Shown here: positions 45,921 through 55,412 of the stretch, one piece after another
How the letters are laid out: each line of letters begins with the position of its first letter
Position numbering within the stretch: the first letter of the stretch is position 1
Origin: Candidatus Pampinifervens sinense
GTDB lineage: Bacteria; Aquificota; Aquificia; Aquificales; Aquificaceae
Reading direction: 5' to 3'
Assembly (NCBI GenBank): GCA_037927135.1
Contig: JAXSPP010000007.1
Span: forward strand, 15,494-79,493
Length of the DNA: 64,000 nucleotides
Program-made: the position numbers and the translations under genes
Notes under the pieces: generated by a model
Seen by the model: only the letters and a program-made list of their open reading frames with translations
Database searches by the model: none
Told to the model about the DNA's origin: nothing

Positions 45921-46394
45921 ATGGCTGAAGAAGCAAAGGAGGCCAGGGAGGAGAAAAAGGGGAAGTCAAAGCTAATCTTAATAGTAGGGCTTCTTCTGAT
46001 AATCTTGGCTGGTGCCTCTGGTACATACTTTTTCTTCTTTGTCAAAAAGGGTAAAAAGGAAGATAAAGTGCCATTGCCTTCCCAAGTAGGTGTTATGATG
46101 GAAGTGGGCACCTTTACGGTGAACTTGGCTGATAAGGATGTGGATGCTTATGCAAGGGTATCCATAACCTTGGAACTATCCGACGAAAAGGTGCGCCAAG
46201 AGGTAGAAAAAAGGCTCCCCATAATAAAGGATGCCATAATTGATGTTATAAGCAGCAAGACCTCTTCTTTTGTAAAGACACCGGAAGGAAGGGAAAGCCT
46301 AAGGTTGGAGCTTATAAAGAGGATAAACACTATACTCTTTGAAGGCGGTGTAAGAAACATATACTTTACAGAGTTTGTGGTACAGACCACATGA
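45921..46394 (+). CDS. fliL: Flagellar basal body-associated protein FliL
   Basis: 157-aa ORF with a charged N-terminus, a single TM and a FliL-like periplasmic domain (F.VNLAD.....Y....I.LE, ...R..I...I). Flagellar gene context supports the call. Confidence 0.75.
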   Translation: MAEEAKEAREEKKGKSKLILIVGLLLIILAGASGTYFFFFVKKGKKEDKVPLPSQVGVMMEVGTFTVNLADKDVDAYARVSITLELSDEKVRQEVEKRLPIIKDAIIDVISSKTSSFVKTPEGRESLRLELIKRINTILFEGGVRNIYFTEFVVQTT

Positions 46395-46666
46395 CAGACC
46401 TCTTCTTTAACCTTTTGCGCGTTCTTATCTCCTTAGCCATAGTGATAGTCCTTATACTAATCCTCTTGCCCTATCTTGTCCCTTTGCTACAAAAGTGGAG
46501 ATGGGCAAAGGAAGATAAAGATTCTAGCGTAAAGCTAAAGAGGATTATCCCAATAGGTAGAAACATGTTCTTAATTGAGCTTGAGATAAAAGGGAGGCTT
46601 TTTGTAGTAGCTATCAACGAAAAAGCTGTAGAGGTAATCTACAAAGATGAAGTGGTTTCTGATTAA
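46391..46666 (+). CDS. fliO: FliO/FliZ-like flagellar export apparatus assembly protein
   Basis: 91-aa ORF with an N-terminal TM followed by a short beta-rich domain. It sits immediately upstream of fliP and overlaps it. It also has an ATGA overlap with fliL. Confidence 0.6.
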   Translation: MTDLFFNLLRVLISLAIVIVLILILLPYLVPLLQKWRWAKEDKDSSVKLKRIIPIGRNMFLIELEIKGRLFVVAINEKAVEVIYKDEVVSD

Positions 46667-47378
46667 CCTTCTGATGATCAGCTTGGCCTTCTCCCAGCAG
46701 ATACTGCCAAATGTAGAACTGAGGATAGGAACAGGACAGCTTGATACTTCAATAAGGCTCCTTATACTCCTTACCATACTTTCTCTTGCACCATCCATAC
46801 TCATAATGACCACCTCTTTTATAAGGATAGTTATCGTCCTTTCATTGCTTAGGCAGGCCCTTGGCACACCCACAGTTCCTCCTAACCAAGTAATAATCTC
46901 CCTTGCCCTATTTTTAACCTTCTTCATCATGAAACCTGTGTTTGATCAGATAAACCAAGAAGCCCTTCAACCCCTTTTGAAAAACCAGATAACTGATAGA
47001 GAGTTCTTTGAAAGAAGCACAAGCATAATGAAGGATTTTATGATAAAGAATACACGTAAGGAGAGCCTAAAGGTTTTTCTTGATATGGCAAACCTCCCAA
47101 AGGAAGAAAAGGAGAAGATAAAAAGCCCTAAGGATATCCCCCTTAGCGTGGTAATACCAGCCTTTATGGTCAGCGAGATAACGGTAGCCTTTCAAATAGT
47201 ATTCCTTCTGTATCTTCCCTTCCTCATAATAGACCTTGTGGTAGCCTCCATACTCATATCCATAGGTATCCTCATGATACCTCCACAGATCATATCCCTA
47301 CCCTTTAAGATCATGCTCTTTGTTCTTGCAAACGGGTGGGAGCTGGTGGTATTATCTCTTGTAAGGAGCTACCAATGA
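46647..47378 (+). CDS. fliP: Flagellar biosynthesis protein FliP
   Basis: 243-aa ORF with the highly conserved FliP blocks (LLTILSLAPSILIMTTSF.RIVIVLS.LRQALGT...PPNQV, FKI.LFVL.NGW). Confidence 0.95.
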   Translation: MKWFLINLLMISLAFSQQILPNVELRIGTGQLDTSIRLLILLTILSLAPSILIMTTSFIRIVIVLSLLRQALGTPTVPPNQVIISLALFLTFFIMKPVFDQINQEALQPLLKNQITDREFFERSTSIMKDFMIKNTRKESLKVFLDMANLPKEEKEKIKSPKDIPLSVVIPAFMVSEITVAFQIVFLLYLPFLIIDLVVASILISIGILMIPPQIISLPFKIMLFVLANGWELVVLSLVRSYQ

Positions 47379-47644
47379 GCCCGGATATGGTTGTGTCCCT
47401 TGGACAAAAAGCCCTGGAGATGGCCCTAATCCTATCAGCACCAGTCCTTATCATAACTTTCCTTGTAGGTCTTGTAATCAGCATACTTCAGTCAGCCACC
47501 CAGATACAGGAGATGACCCTAAGCTATATACCAAAGATAATAGCAGCCTATATAACTGTGCTCTTGCTTGGAGCGTGGATGCTGAACAAGCTCCTTGATT
47601 ATACAAAGGAGATCATCATCAATATACCCACTTGGCTCCGATGA
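47375..47644 (+). CDS. fliQ: Flagellar biosynthesis protein FliQ
   Basis: The track ORF starts at 47336. The ATG at 47375 forms an ATGA overlap with the fliP stop. 89 aa with the FliQ motif LVGLVISILQSATQIQEMTLSYIPK. Confidence 0.9.
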   Translation: MSPDMVVSLGQKALEMALILSAPVLIITFLVGLVISILQSATQIQEMTLSYIPKIIAAYITVLLLGAWMLNKLLDYTKEIIINIPTWLR

Positions 47645-48399
47645 GCCTTGATATAAACACCCTTCTTACCCTCTTTATCATATATGTGAGGGTCCTCAGC
47701 TTCCTTATAATGGTTCCCATCTTTGGCAAGGAAACTCTACCACCTACCTTTAAGCTCTTTTTAGCAACGGCCATAAGCTTTTCCCTTTTTCTCTACTATG
47801 AGATAGAACCTTCCCATTTTCCAACGACTGCGCACCTTATGCTTGCCTTTTTGAAGGAGTTTATCTTTGGTTTTACAGCTGGCCTTTTACTTAGGCTCAT
47901 CTTTGATGCTATGCATATAGCCGGTGAGTTCATAAGCGTAAACATGGGGTTAGGTCTAGCAACAGTCTTTAACCCTCAACAGCCTCAAACTACTATAATC
48001 TCTTCCTTTTTTTCCCTCCTTGCCACATTGCTTTTTCTAGCCATAGGTGGTGCGGAGATAATCCTCCTTTCCCTTGGCAAGAGCCTTGAGAAAATTCCTC
48101 CTGGCTCTTTCAATCTTTACGATATAAACCCACAGCTACTACTGGACTTCTTTTATGAAAGCTTCCTTTTAGCCTTTAAAGTTTCCTTACCCATAATAGC
48201 CGTAATGCTACTTTTGAATATAGTGCTTGCTCTGATAAACAGGTTCATACCACAGATAAACGTTTTTATGGTAGGGTTGCCTATACAGATCTTCTTAGGG
48301 CTTTTGATATTAACCCTTGCCACACCTTTTATACTATGGTCCTTTTCCACCCATCTAAAGGAGTATATAATTAGGTCTATAGCCCTTTTGGGTGGCTAG
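47632..48399 (+). CDS. fliR: Flagellar biosynthesis protein FliR
   Basis: 255-aa polytopic ORF downstream of fliQ. FliR-like blocks include LA.R..P.INVF..G.P. Confidence 0.9.
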   Translation: MAPMSLDINTLLTLFIIYVRVLSFLIMVPIFGKETLPPTFKLFLATAISFSLFLYYEIEPSHFPTTAHLMLAFLKEFIFGFTAGLLLRLIFDAMHIAGEFISVNMGLGLATVFNPQQPQTTIISSFFSLLATLLFLAIGGAEIILLSLGKSLEKIPPGSFNLYDINPQLLLDFFYESFLLAFKVSLPIIAVMLLLNIVLALINRFIPQINVFMVGLPIQIFLGLLILTLATPFILWSFSTHLKEYIIRSIALLGG

Positions 48400-48401
48400 G
48401 T

Positions 48402-49448
48402 ATGGCACAGGAGAATAAGACGGAGAAGGCCACACCTTACAGGCGTAGAAAGCTTAGGGAGGAGGGAAATGTAGCAAAGAGCCCAGAGCTTGCTTCATCC
48501 CTTTTGGTATTCCTATCATCCATCATCCTCTTCCTCACAGGCGCCTATATCTTCTACGAAGTCTTAAAAATAATCTACCTTGTTATAGAAAACCCCTATT
48601 TAGGCTATTCTACCATCTTTAGCCTTTTGAGCAAAAGCCTACCATCGCTACTCTTTCCCTTCTTCCTGATAGCGGTGCTTACAGTAGTAATAGCTCATAT
48701 AGGGCAGTTTGGCTTCATCTTTACATTAAAGCCCTTACAATTCAAATGGGAAAGGTTAAACCCTGTTGAAGGAATAAAAAGGATCTTTTCCCTTAATGCC
48801 CTTTTTGAACTCATAAAGAACACTCTAAAAGTGTCTATCTTTGCTTTAGTTGCTTATTTTCTCATAAAAGGTGATATTGAGCATATATTGACAACACCCT
48901 TTTACGACGCGAAAAGCTCCACCCTTTTCCTTCTTAAATTTACCTTCAAGCTGATAATTATCCTTAGCCTTCTTGCCATATTTATATCAATCCTAGATTA
49001 CGGCTATAAAAGATGGGACTATGAGAGGAGGATAAGGATGAGTAAAGAGGAGGTAAAGGAGGAGTATAAACAGCATGAGGGAGATCCTCTCATAAAGAGC
49101 GCTATTAGAAAGAGGATGAGACAGCTTGCGCGCGGAAGGATGATGAAGGAAGTGCCAAAGGCAAGCGTAGTCATAACAAACCCAGTTCATATAGCCATAG
49201 CCCTAAGGTATGATCCAGAAAAGGGGGATAAAGCTCCGAGGGTTTTGGCAAAGGGTAAAGGATCTGTAGCAGAAAAGATAGTTCAGATAGCACAAGAACA
49301 TGGCATTCCAATAATTAGAAAAGAAGAGTTGGCAAGGGCCATGTATCCTTTGGTTGAAGTGGGTGAAGAGATACCTCCAAAGTTCTACAGAGCTGTGGCA
49401 GAGATAATAGCCTTTATAATGTTTAGAAAGAAGAGGGTGGCCGTATGA
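48402..49448 (+). CDS. flhB: Flagellar biosynthesis protein FlhB
   Basis: 348-aa ORF. N-terminal E.KTEKATP.RR.K.REEGNVAKS, four TM segments, and the autocleavage site NPVH (ITNPVHIAIAL). Confidence 0.93.
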   Translation: MAQENKTEKATPYRRRKLREEGNVAKSPELASSLLVFLSSIILFLTGAYIFYEVLKIIYLVIENPYLGYSTIFSLLSKSLPSLLFPFFLIAVLTVVIAHIGQFGFIFTLKPLQFKWERLNPVEGIKRIFSLNALFELIKNTLKVSIFALVAYFLIKGDIEHILTTPFYDAKSSTLFLLKFTFKLIIILSLLAIFISILDYGYKRWDYERRIRMSKEEVKEEYKQHEGDPLIKSAIRKRMRQLARGRMMKEVPKASVVITNPVHIAIALRYDPEKGDKAPRVLAKGKGSVAEKIVQIAQEHGIPIIRKEELARAMYPLVEVGEEIPPKFYRAVAEIIAFIMFRKKRVAV

Positions 49449-49672
49449 GTGAAATGGGAAAACTTTTAGTATTTTTAGGCTTTATCCTCATAATTCTAGG
49501 CCTTTTTCTGACCTTTTTTGAAAAACTGCCCTTTGGCCTTGGGAGATTGCCTGGAGATATACTCATAAAAAGGGATGGATTTACCTTCTATTTTCCAATA
49601 GCCACTTCCCTTCTTATCAGTCTCCTTCTTTCCCTCCTTCTTATGCTTCTAGTTAATATACTTAAAAAATAG
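49445..49672 (+). CDS. DUF2905-family small membrane protein
   Basis: 75-aa ORF with two TM segments and the characteristic GRLPGDILIKRDGFTFYFPI motif. It has an ATGA overlap with flhB. Confidence 0.7.
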   Translation: MSEMGKLLVFLGFILIILGLFLTFFEKLPFGLGRLPGDILIKRDGFTFYFPIATSLLISLLLSLLLMLLVNILKK

Positions 49673-49750
49673 TGGCGGAGCCGACGGGATTTGAACCCGC
49701 GCCCTCCGGCTTGACAGGCCGGCGTTCTAACCGGGCTGAACTACGGCTCC
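49673..49750 (-). tRNA. tRNA-Asp (anticodon GUC), CCA encoded
   Basis: Hand-folded cloverleaf: GGAGCCG-TA-GTTC-AGCCCGGTTA-GAAC-G-CCGGC-CTGTCAA-GCCGG-AGGGC-GCGGG-TTCAAAT-CCCGT-CGGCTCC-G-CCA. It has a 7-bp acceptor stem and a TTCAAAT T-loop. Confidence 0.93.
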
Positions 49751-49767
49751 TACAGATTTATATTATA

Positions 49768-50091
49768 TCATTTTCTTAATAAAAGGGAAGCTAATCTTTC
49801 TATCTCTGAAGCCAGTCCAAAATCCCTATCTGTGATGCCACCCGCTTCGTGCGTAGTCAGCTTCACTTTTACCTTTTTGTAGCTTACTTCTAAATCAGGA
49901 TGATGCCAATGAGCTTCTGCAAGACCCGCTATCGTATTAAACAGAAGAACCGTTTCCTTCCAATTCTTTGTATCATAGTCTCTAACCAGGAAATTACCTT
50001 CATACCTCCAGCCAGGAATATCCTTTAGCCTCTCCTCTATCTCTTCCTTGGAATAAGTTTTTAGCTTTCCTTCTGTTGACATTGCGGACAA
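49768..50091 (-). CDS. phhB: Pterin-4a-carbinolamine dehydratase
   Basis: 107-aa ORF with PCD/DCoH motifs (L..GW........L.R.Y.....K......N.I..LAE...HHPD........V...L.TH). The 5' end overlaps the fur 3' end. Confidence 0.85.
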   Translation of the reverse strand: MSAMSTEGKLKTYSKEEIEERLKDIPGWRYEGNFLVRDYDTKNWKETVLLFNTIAGLAEAHWHHPDLEVSYKKVKVKLTTHEAGGITDRDFGLASEIERLASLLLRK

Positions 50092-50489
50092 AGGCCATAT
50101 ATATGCACTGAATAGTTATAAACCTTGTATCCTTCCATATACTGTGGAAGATTCCAATCTATGCTAAACTCTACATCCTTTATAGCTCCACATTGCACAC
50201 ATATAAGATGATGATGGTCGCTCACATTAGCATCATAGCGCACAGACCCACCCCAGTAGGCCACTTTTTTCACAAAGCCCAGTTCTTCAAGCGTTTCCAC
50301 CGTTCTGTACACTGTCGCAAGAGATACAAAGGGATATTTCTTCTTTATCTCATTGTATATGTCCTCCACAGTAGGATGGTCATCCCTGCTTAGGAGCACT
50401 TCATACACCGCCATCCTCTGGGGCGTAATCTTTAGCCCCATATTCTTACAAGCATCTATAAACTCCTTAATCCTTTCCTCCTTAAGCAT
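50061..50489 (-). CDS. fur: Fur-family metalloregulator
   Basis: 142-aa ORF with a winged-helix N-terminus (KITPQR..V...L.....HP.VE.IY) and metal-site motifs HHHHLICVQCG and CPQC. Confidence 0.88.
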   Translation of the reverse strand: MLKEERIKEFIDACKNMGLKITPQRMAVYEVLLSRDDHPTVEDIYNEIKKKYPFVSLATVYRTVETLEELGFVKKVAYWGGSVRYDANVSDHHHLICVQCGAIKDVEFSIDWNLPQYMEGYKVYNYSVHIYGLCPQCQQKES

Positions 50490-50511
50490 AGGTATATAAT
50501 ATAAACCACAT

Positions 50512-50530
50512 GCTAATAATTTTCAATATC
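50512..50530. promoter_or_regulatory. Candidate Fur box upstream of fur (autoregulation)
   Basis: The minus-strand sequence GATATTGAAAATTATTAGC matches 15 of 19 positions of the classical GATAATGATAATCATTATC consensus. It lies 23-41 nt upstream of the fur ATG. Confidence 0.4.
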
Positions 50531-50539
50531 ATATATTAC

Positions 50540-51619
50540 CTATCTTAGCTTCAGTGTTGCCAAGGTCAATATACCAAGCAGGATAGATATGATCCACATC
50601 CTTACCACTATCTTTGACTCTGGAACTCCGGAAAGTTCAAGATGGTGGTGAAAGGGAGCCATCTTGAAAAGCCTTTTACCTTTCGTAAGCTTAAAGTATG
50701 CCACTTGAAGTATTACAGAAAGCGTCTCAAAAACAAAGATGCCACCAGCTATAGGAAGCAAAAGCTCTGATTTGGAAACCAAGGCTATAACCCCTAGTCC
50801 AGCACCCAAAGAAAGAGCACCTACATCTCCCATAAAAAGCTGTGCGGGAAAGGCATTAAACCATAGAAAGCCAAGCCCTGCACCCACTATGGCAAAGCAC
50901 AAAATGGTAAGGTCTCCAGCGTAAGGTACATAGGGAATGTTAAGGTAGTCGGCTATCTTCATATGACCTGTTGCATAAGCTACTATTCCAAGGCTTGCAG
51001 CCGTAGTCATAACAGGTCCAATGGCAAGGCCATCAAGCCCATCGGTAAGATTTACAGCGTTTGATGTGGCCACTATAACAAGCACTGCAAAAGGTATGTA
51101 AAGGATGCCTAAGTCAATCTGTAGGTTTTTAAACAGAGGAAAGTAGATCTTTGTGTCTATATCACCATACAAGTAGATAAAAAGGGCTGTTATACTAGCT
51201 ACGACCACTTGCGCTAAAAACTTCTTCTTTCCAGATATACCTTTTTTGTTCTTTAGCTTTACCACATCATCCCAAAGGCCAATGAGGGCAAAGCCAAGAA
51301 TGCAAAAGGTTATTATCCAAAAGTACAAAAGGTCAAGCCTCATAAGTAGGAAAGAAGAAAAGAGAACAGAGAGCACTATAATAAGACCACCCATCGTAGG
51401 AACATATCTCTTTACCAAATGTCCTTCCGGCGTATACTCCCTTATATAGCCTTTAAAAAGCCTTTGTATGGCTTTCATCTTCTTCATAAAGATGGGTGTA
51501 AGTATGAGCGTTATTGTAAAAGCTATAAACACTGCTAAAAAGGACCTAAAGGTTATGTATTTGAACACATTGAAGGCGAAGAAGTAATCCCTAAGGTAAA
51601 GGGCCAAATGGTATAGCAT
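50540..51619 (-). CDS. mraY: Phospho-N-acetylmuramoyl-pentapeptide transferase
   Basis: 359-aa polytopic ORF with MraY motifs ([33 protein letters not shown]). Confidence 0.95.
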   Translation of the reverse strand: MLYHLALYLRDYFFAFNVFKYITFRSFLAVFIAFTITLILTPIFMKKMKAIQRLFKGYIREYTPEGHLVKRYVPTMGGLIIVLSVLFSSFLLMRLDLLYFWIITFCILGFALIGLWDDVVKLKNKKGISGKKKFLAQVVVASITALFIYLYGDIDTKIYFPLFKNLQIDLGILYIPFAVLVIVATSNAVNLTDGLDGLAIGPVMTTAASLGIVAYATGHMKIADYLNIPYVPYAGDLTILCFAIVGAGLGFLWFNAFPAQLFMGDVGALSLGAGLGVIALVSKSELLLPIAGGIFVFETLSVILQVAYFKLTKGKRLFKMAPFHHHLELSGVPESKIVVRMWIISILLGILTLATLKLR

Positions 51620-51620
51620 T

Positions 51621-52193
51621 TTAGCACCTGTTCCTGCTTAGAAGTCTGTCAAGTATGATGGCAACGGCGTTCCTCACGGAAAGATGGTTCCAGTCTCCAG
51701 CGCCATATATGGGTTCAAGTATGTAATCAAAGGTGTTCATAAGGGATGGTGGAATGCCATAACCTGTACCAAAAACTATCAAAAAGTCCCTTTCTCTTTT
51801 ATGTATCTCCTCCGAGAGCCATCTGTAAGATATGGTATTAGGGTATTTTCTAGCGTCTGTGCCAACGATTACCGGCTTTTTTCCCCTTGTTGCTATTATG
51901 TCTTCAACCACTTCTTCAAAGGTATAGCATAGTTTTACAAGTCTTACCACTTCATTCCTTGTAGGGTTTGTCTTTTTCCCTTCCTCCGAAAGCCAATAGT
52001 CTATCTGCTTTTTAATTACCATCCTTTGACCATCAACCGGTTGGACTATATAGTAGGTATTTATCTCATAGGCCCTTGCAGGCCTTGCAATATCATGAAG
52101 GTCCATGGTGGTAAAGGAGGTTATAATGGTCCTCCCTTCCTTATCCATGGCTGGAAAGTGGAGGAGGGCGATAAAAACGTTATGGTTTATCAT
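51621..52193 (-). CDS. Predicted SAM-dependent RNA methyltransferase (Methyltrn_RNA_4 / SPOUT-like family)
   Basis: 190-aa ORF. The N-terminal ALLHFP...[22 protein letters not shown]...YYIV.P and the C-terminal YILEPIYG...[17 protein letters not shown] match my recollection of this family. Confidence 0.55.
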   Translation of the reverse strand: MINHNVFIALLHFPAMDKEGRTIITSFTTMDLHDIARPARAYEINTYYIVQPVDGQRMVIKKQIDYWLSEEGKKTNPTRNEVVRLVKLCYTFEEVVEDIIATRGKKPVIVGTDARKYPNTISYRWLSEEIHKRERDFLIVFGTGYGIPPSLMNTFDYILEPIYGAGDWNHLSVRNAVAIILDRLLSRNRC

Positions 52194-52211
52194 AGATCAT
52201 TTATTATAACA

Positions 52212-54050
52212 CTAAAACTCAACTCTAACCGCAACTCCATGCAACTTTCCATGGGGAAACCTATAGAATTCTACAAAACTGGGGGTAGAACGTTTAATCC
52301 AGCTAAAGATTTTCCATGGGAGTCTATCCGTATATATGTGTTCAACACCGTAGAAGATAACCCTTTCCCTTATTCCAACCTTTGAGAGTTCTTTATCAAT
52401 ATCCAAAACCTCCATATATCCATACCTTATCTCAACGAGCCTGAGGCCTTCAGCTATGCTTCCTTTTACAAAAGTCTCTGTACCAAAAGGTTCATCCTTT
52501 TTTATTAAAGAGAGAAATACATTATCCTCGTATAGTATGCCGTGGTCAAACATGGTTTGTATAACGTAGGGAGGTATAGCCTTTAAATCCCTTATCAAAA
52601 ATATAGCTGTGCCTTCTATCTTTGGCGAGCTTTTGTAAACATCTTCAAATTCAATAACAAACTCTTTAAATGGTTTAAATCTCATTTTTTTGTAAAGTTT
52701 TTCCTGACCTTTTATATAAAGCGTCATTACAGATAGAGGCACAGAAGCAAAGAGGATGGACCAGTATGCACCGTGAGGTATTTTTGTAATATTGGATAAC
52801 CAAAAAACTATATCTACAAGGAATAAGATGATGGAAATAAAGAAATGGAAAAAGGATTTTTTAAACAAGTAAATCATCATAAGGAAAAAACCAGTTATGC
52901 TCATTGTTGTTATAACAGCAAAGCCGTAAGCTGCAGCCATATTGTCTGAAGTTTTGAAGTTGAAATACATAAATATAACACCCAACATTAAGGCCCAATT
53001 TACCGCTGGTATGTATATCTGCGTGCTTATCTCTGTAGATGTGTGTTTTACATTAAGAAGTGGAGCTATCCTTGTGTTTATGGCCTGAAATACAATGGAA
53101 AATACACCGCTTATGAGAGCTTGGGAGGCTATGATGCCGGCTATTATTACGAGTAAAAGAAAAGGTACATAAAACCTATCTCCTAGCAATGCCTTTGCTG
53201 ATGCAAAAAATACGGACTGTCCCTCTACATTGTTGTTAAGTATGACAAAGGCCACCTGTCCAAGATAGTTTAAAGTTAGCATAAAAAACACAAAGACCCA
53301 TGCCCTTCTTATAGAGACTCTTCCAAGATGTCCCATATCTGCGTATAGGGCCTCTCCTCCTGTAGCTGCCAAAATAACCTCAGATAAAGCTATAAAGCCT
53401 TTCAGCGGGTTTGATATTAAAAACTCAATGGCGTAGTGGGGACTAAGGGCTTTTATGACCTGTGGTGCTTGTAAAATATAGTAAAGTCCTATTATACCTA
53501 TGGAAGTAAACCAAAGGACCATTATGGGTCCAAAGAAACTGCCTATCTTGCCCGTTCCCTTACTTTGAATGGAAAAGAGTGCTATTGTTATGATTATGGC
53601 TATGAGAATTACTTCCGATTGGGGCATGTTTTCAAAGCCAGGGATAAGCCTTATACCCTCGGAAGAGCTTAGGATGGTTATGGCTGGTGTGATTACACCA
53701 TCTCCCATAAGGAAGCTAAGGCCCAATACTATGAAAGCCCTATAAAGTTTTCTAAGTTTTTGGTTTTTTGTGAGAGACTTGGCTATTTCACCCAAAACTA
53801 CTATTCCACCCTCCCCTTTTATGCTCAGGTTCATGGCAAGCCATGCATACTGTACAGAAACCAGTATGATTAGCGTCCAAATAATGAGGGATGCTATGCC
53901 TATCATCTGATCCTTTTCTGGCTTTGTGAGTAGCATGAGGACTGTTAGTGTATATATTGGGCTTGTTCCAATGTCGCCAAAGACTGCCCCAATGGCCCTT
54001 ATAATATCCCTTATCTCTTTTAACATTCCAAACAGATACATTTTAAACAT
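52212..54050 (-). CDS. kup: KUP/HAK/KT-family potassium transporter
   Basis: 612-aa ORF. N-terminal signature GAVFGDIGTSPIYT, about 12 TM segments, and a cytoplasmic C-terminal domain. Confidence 0.93.
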   Translation of the reverse strand: MFKMYLFGMLKEIRDIIRAIGAVFGDIGTSPIYTLTVLMLLTKPEKDQMIGIASLIIWTLIILVSVQYAWLAMNLSIKGEGGIVVLGEIAKSLTKNQKLRKLYRAFIVLGLSFLMGDGVITPAITILSSSEGIRLIPGFENMPQSEVILIAIIITIALFSIQSKGTGKIGSFFGPIMVLWFTSIGIIGLYYILQAPQVIKALSPHYAIEFLISNPLKGFIALSEVILAATGGEALYADMGHLGRVSIRRAWVFVFFMLTLNYLGQVAFVILNNNVEGQSVFFASAKALLGDRFYVPFLLLVIIAGIIASQALISGVFSIVFQAINTRIAPLLNVKHTSTEISTQIYIPAVNWALMLGVIFMYFNFKTSDNMAAAYGFAVITTMSITGFFLMMIYLFKKSFFHFFISIILFLVDIVFWLSNITKIPHGAYWSILFASVPLSVMTLYIKGQEKLYKKMRFKPFKEFVIEFEDVYKSSPKIEGTAIFLIRDLKAIPPYVIQTMFDHGILYEDNVFLSLIKKDEPFGTETFVKGSIAEGLRLVEIRYGYMEVLDIDKELSKVGIRERVIFYGVEHIYTDRLPWKIFSWIKRSTPSFVEFYRFPHGKLHGVAVRVEF

Positions 54051-54819
54051 AGCCCAAAAGCTCCCTTAGCTTTTTGAAGGGATCTTGGCTTTTCATAAGG
54101 CTTGTGCCAACTAGGAAGGCATCCACTCCAAGGTTTTCCAGCTTTAGGATCTGCTCCCTATTTTCTATGCCACTTTCGGCGATCACAAACCTTGCACCCA
54201 TCTCCTTTATCTTTGGTGCAAGTCTTTCCGATAGGCTTACATCCACCTTTAAAGTATCAAGGTCCCTGTTGTTTATACCTATTATGTGTGCTCCTGCCTT
54301 TAGGGCCCTTTCTGCCTCCTCAAGGGAAAAGACCTCCGCTATATGGGAGAGGCCAAGCTCCTTTGAATAATCAAGAAGATCCTTCAAAAGGCTATCCTCA
54401 AGGATTCTTACTATAAGCAAAACTATATCTCCGCCGTAGGCCTTTGCCTCAAGCACCTGCACTGGATGTAAAATAAAGTCCTTTCTAAGCAATGGCAGAC
54501 TCACTGCCCTTCTTACCTCAAGGAGGTCCTCCAATGAACCGTTAAAAAAGCTTCTATCTGTAAGAACAGAAATGGCAATAGCTCCAGCTTTCTCATAGAC
54601 CTTTGCCTGGTCTGCTGCGCACACATCCTTTATCTTGCCCTCCGATGGCGAGGCCCTTTTTACCTCTGCAATTATCCTTGTCCTACAGGAGGTTAAGGCC
54701 TTCTCAAAAGGGTAGTAGTCTTTTCTCTCCTTTATAAGGCCTTCAAGCTCTTTTATATACTCTGAAGAGGTGTTTATCTCCTTCCTCTTTTGCTCAAGTA
54801 TCCTTTCTAAGACTCCTAT
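54043..54819 (-). CDS. trpC: Indole-3-glycerol phosphate synthase (start codon non-canonical or unresolved)
   Basis: The track ORF (193 aa, GTG 54624) is N-terminally truncated. The same frame stays open upstream and encodes RILEQKRKEI...IIAEVKRASPSEGKIKD, the conserved TrpC N-terminal half. There is no ATG, GTG or TTG between 54624 and the in-frame stop at 54895-54897. The proposed start is ATA at 54819, in an ATAG overlap with the upstream stop and with GGAGG 8 nt upstream. Confidence 0.8.
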   Translation of the reverse strand: MGVLERILEQKRKEINTSSEYIKELEGLIKERKDYYPFEKALTSCRTRIIAEVKRASPSEGKIKDVCAADQAKVYEKAGAIAISVLTDRSFFNGSLEDLLEVRRAVSLPLLRKDFILHPVQVLEAKAYGGDIVLLIVRILEDSLLKDLLDYSKELGLSHIAEVFSLEEAERALKAGAHIIGINNRDLDTLKVDVSLSERLAPKIKEMGARFVIAESGIENREQILKLENLGVDAFLVGTSLMKSQDPFKKLRELLGYV

Positions 54820-55403
54820 GGATAGACCCTCCTGTATCCCTTTCCTTCCTTCTTGTATATGGCTTCTACGCCAAAGCCTTCCCTTTTTAGCTCTTCATAT
54901 ATTTCCTTGGCCTTTCCAAAGCCATACACAGCCAAAACTACTCCACACCTTGGGTCTATCTCATCGGGTATGGGTATAAGCTTTGCTTTTCCTTTAAGGT
55001 GCTTTTCTGCCCTTGTGCCTTCCGATATTGCCGTAAAGGTTATAAAGTGGTCTGGCTTTTTGCTAAAAGGGTTTATCTGCATGAGTATATGCCTTATGTG
55101 AAGCTTTACACCCAGAGAGTGGAACTTTATCCAATACCAAAGACTCGGCTCTATAGCCTGAGACCTCTTCCTCAAAACTGCCACAACCTTGCCGTCCTCC
55201 TTTTTGAGTTTGACAAGCTCGTTGCCCGTTTGCATACACCAGCTCATAATGTCCCTTTCAAAGCCTGGGTCTGTAGAGATGACAATAAGAATTTGCCCTT
55301 CTTTCATCTTTCTCATCTTCTCCGATGTTATAACCACAGGTAGTGGGCACATAAGCCCAGTTAAATCAAGGTACTCTTCTTTCAATTCATCTACCACCCT
55401 CAT
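54816..55403 (-). CDS. TusA/SirA-like sulfur-carrier domain fused to a DUF3343-like domain
   Basis: 195-aa ORF. The N-terminus LDLTGLMCPLPVV...M...G..L.V..TDP is the TusA CPxP motif. The C-terminal 75 aa or so (F.S...A..AEK.LK......LIP.P..I...CG) resemble DUF3343. Confidence 0.65.
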   Translation of the reverse strand: MRVVDELKEEYLDLTGLMCPLPVVITSEKMRKMKEGQILIVISTDPGFERDIMSWCMQTGNELVKLKKEDGKVVAVLRKRSQAIEPSLWYWIKFHSLGVKLHIRHILMQINPFSKKPDHFITFTAISEGTRAEKHLKGKAKLIPIPDEIDPRCGVVLAVYGFGKAKEIYEELKREGFGVEAIYKKEGKGYRRVYP

Positions 55404-55412
55404 GGCTCCACC

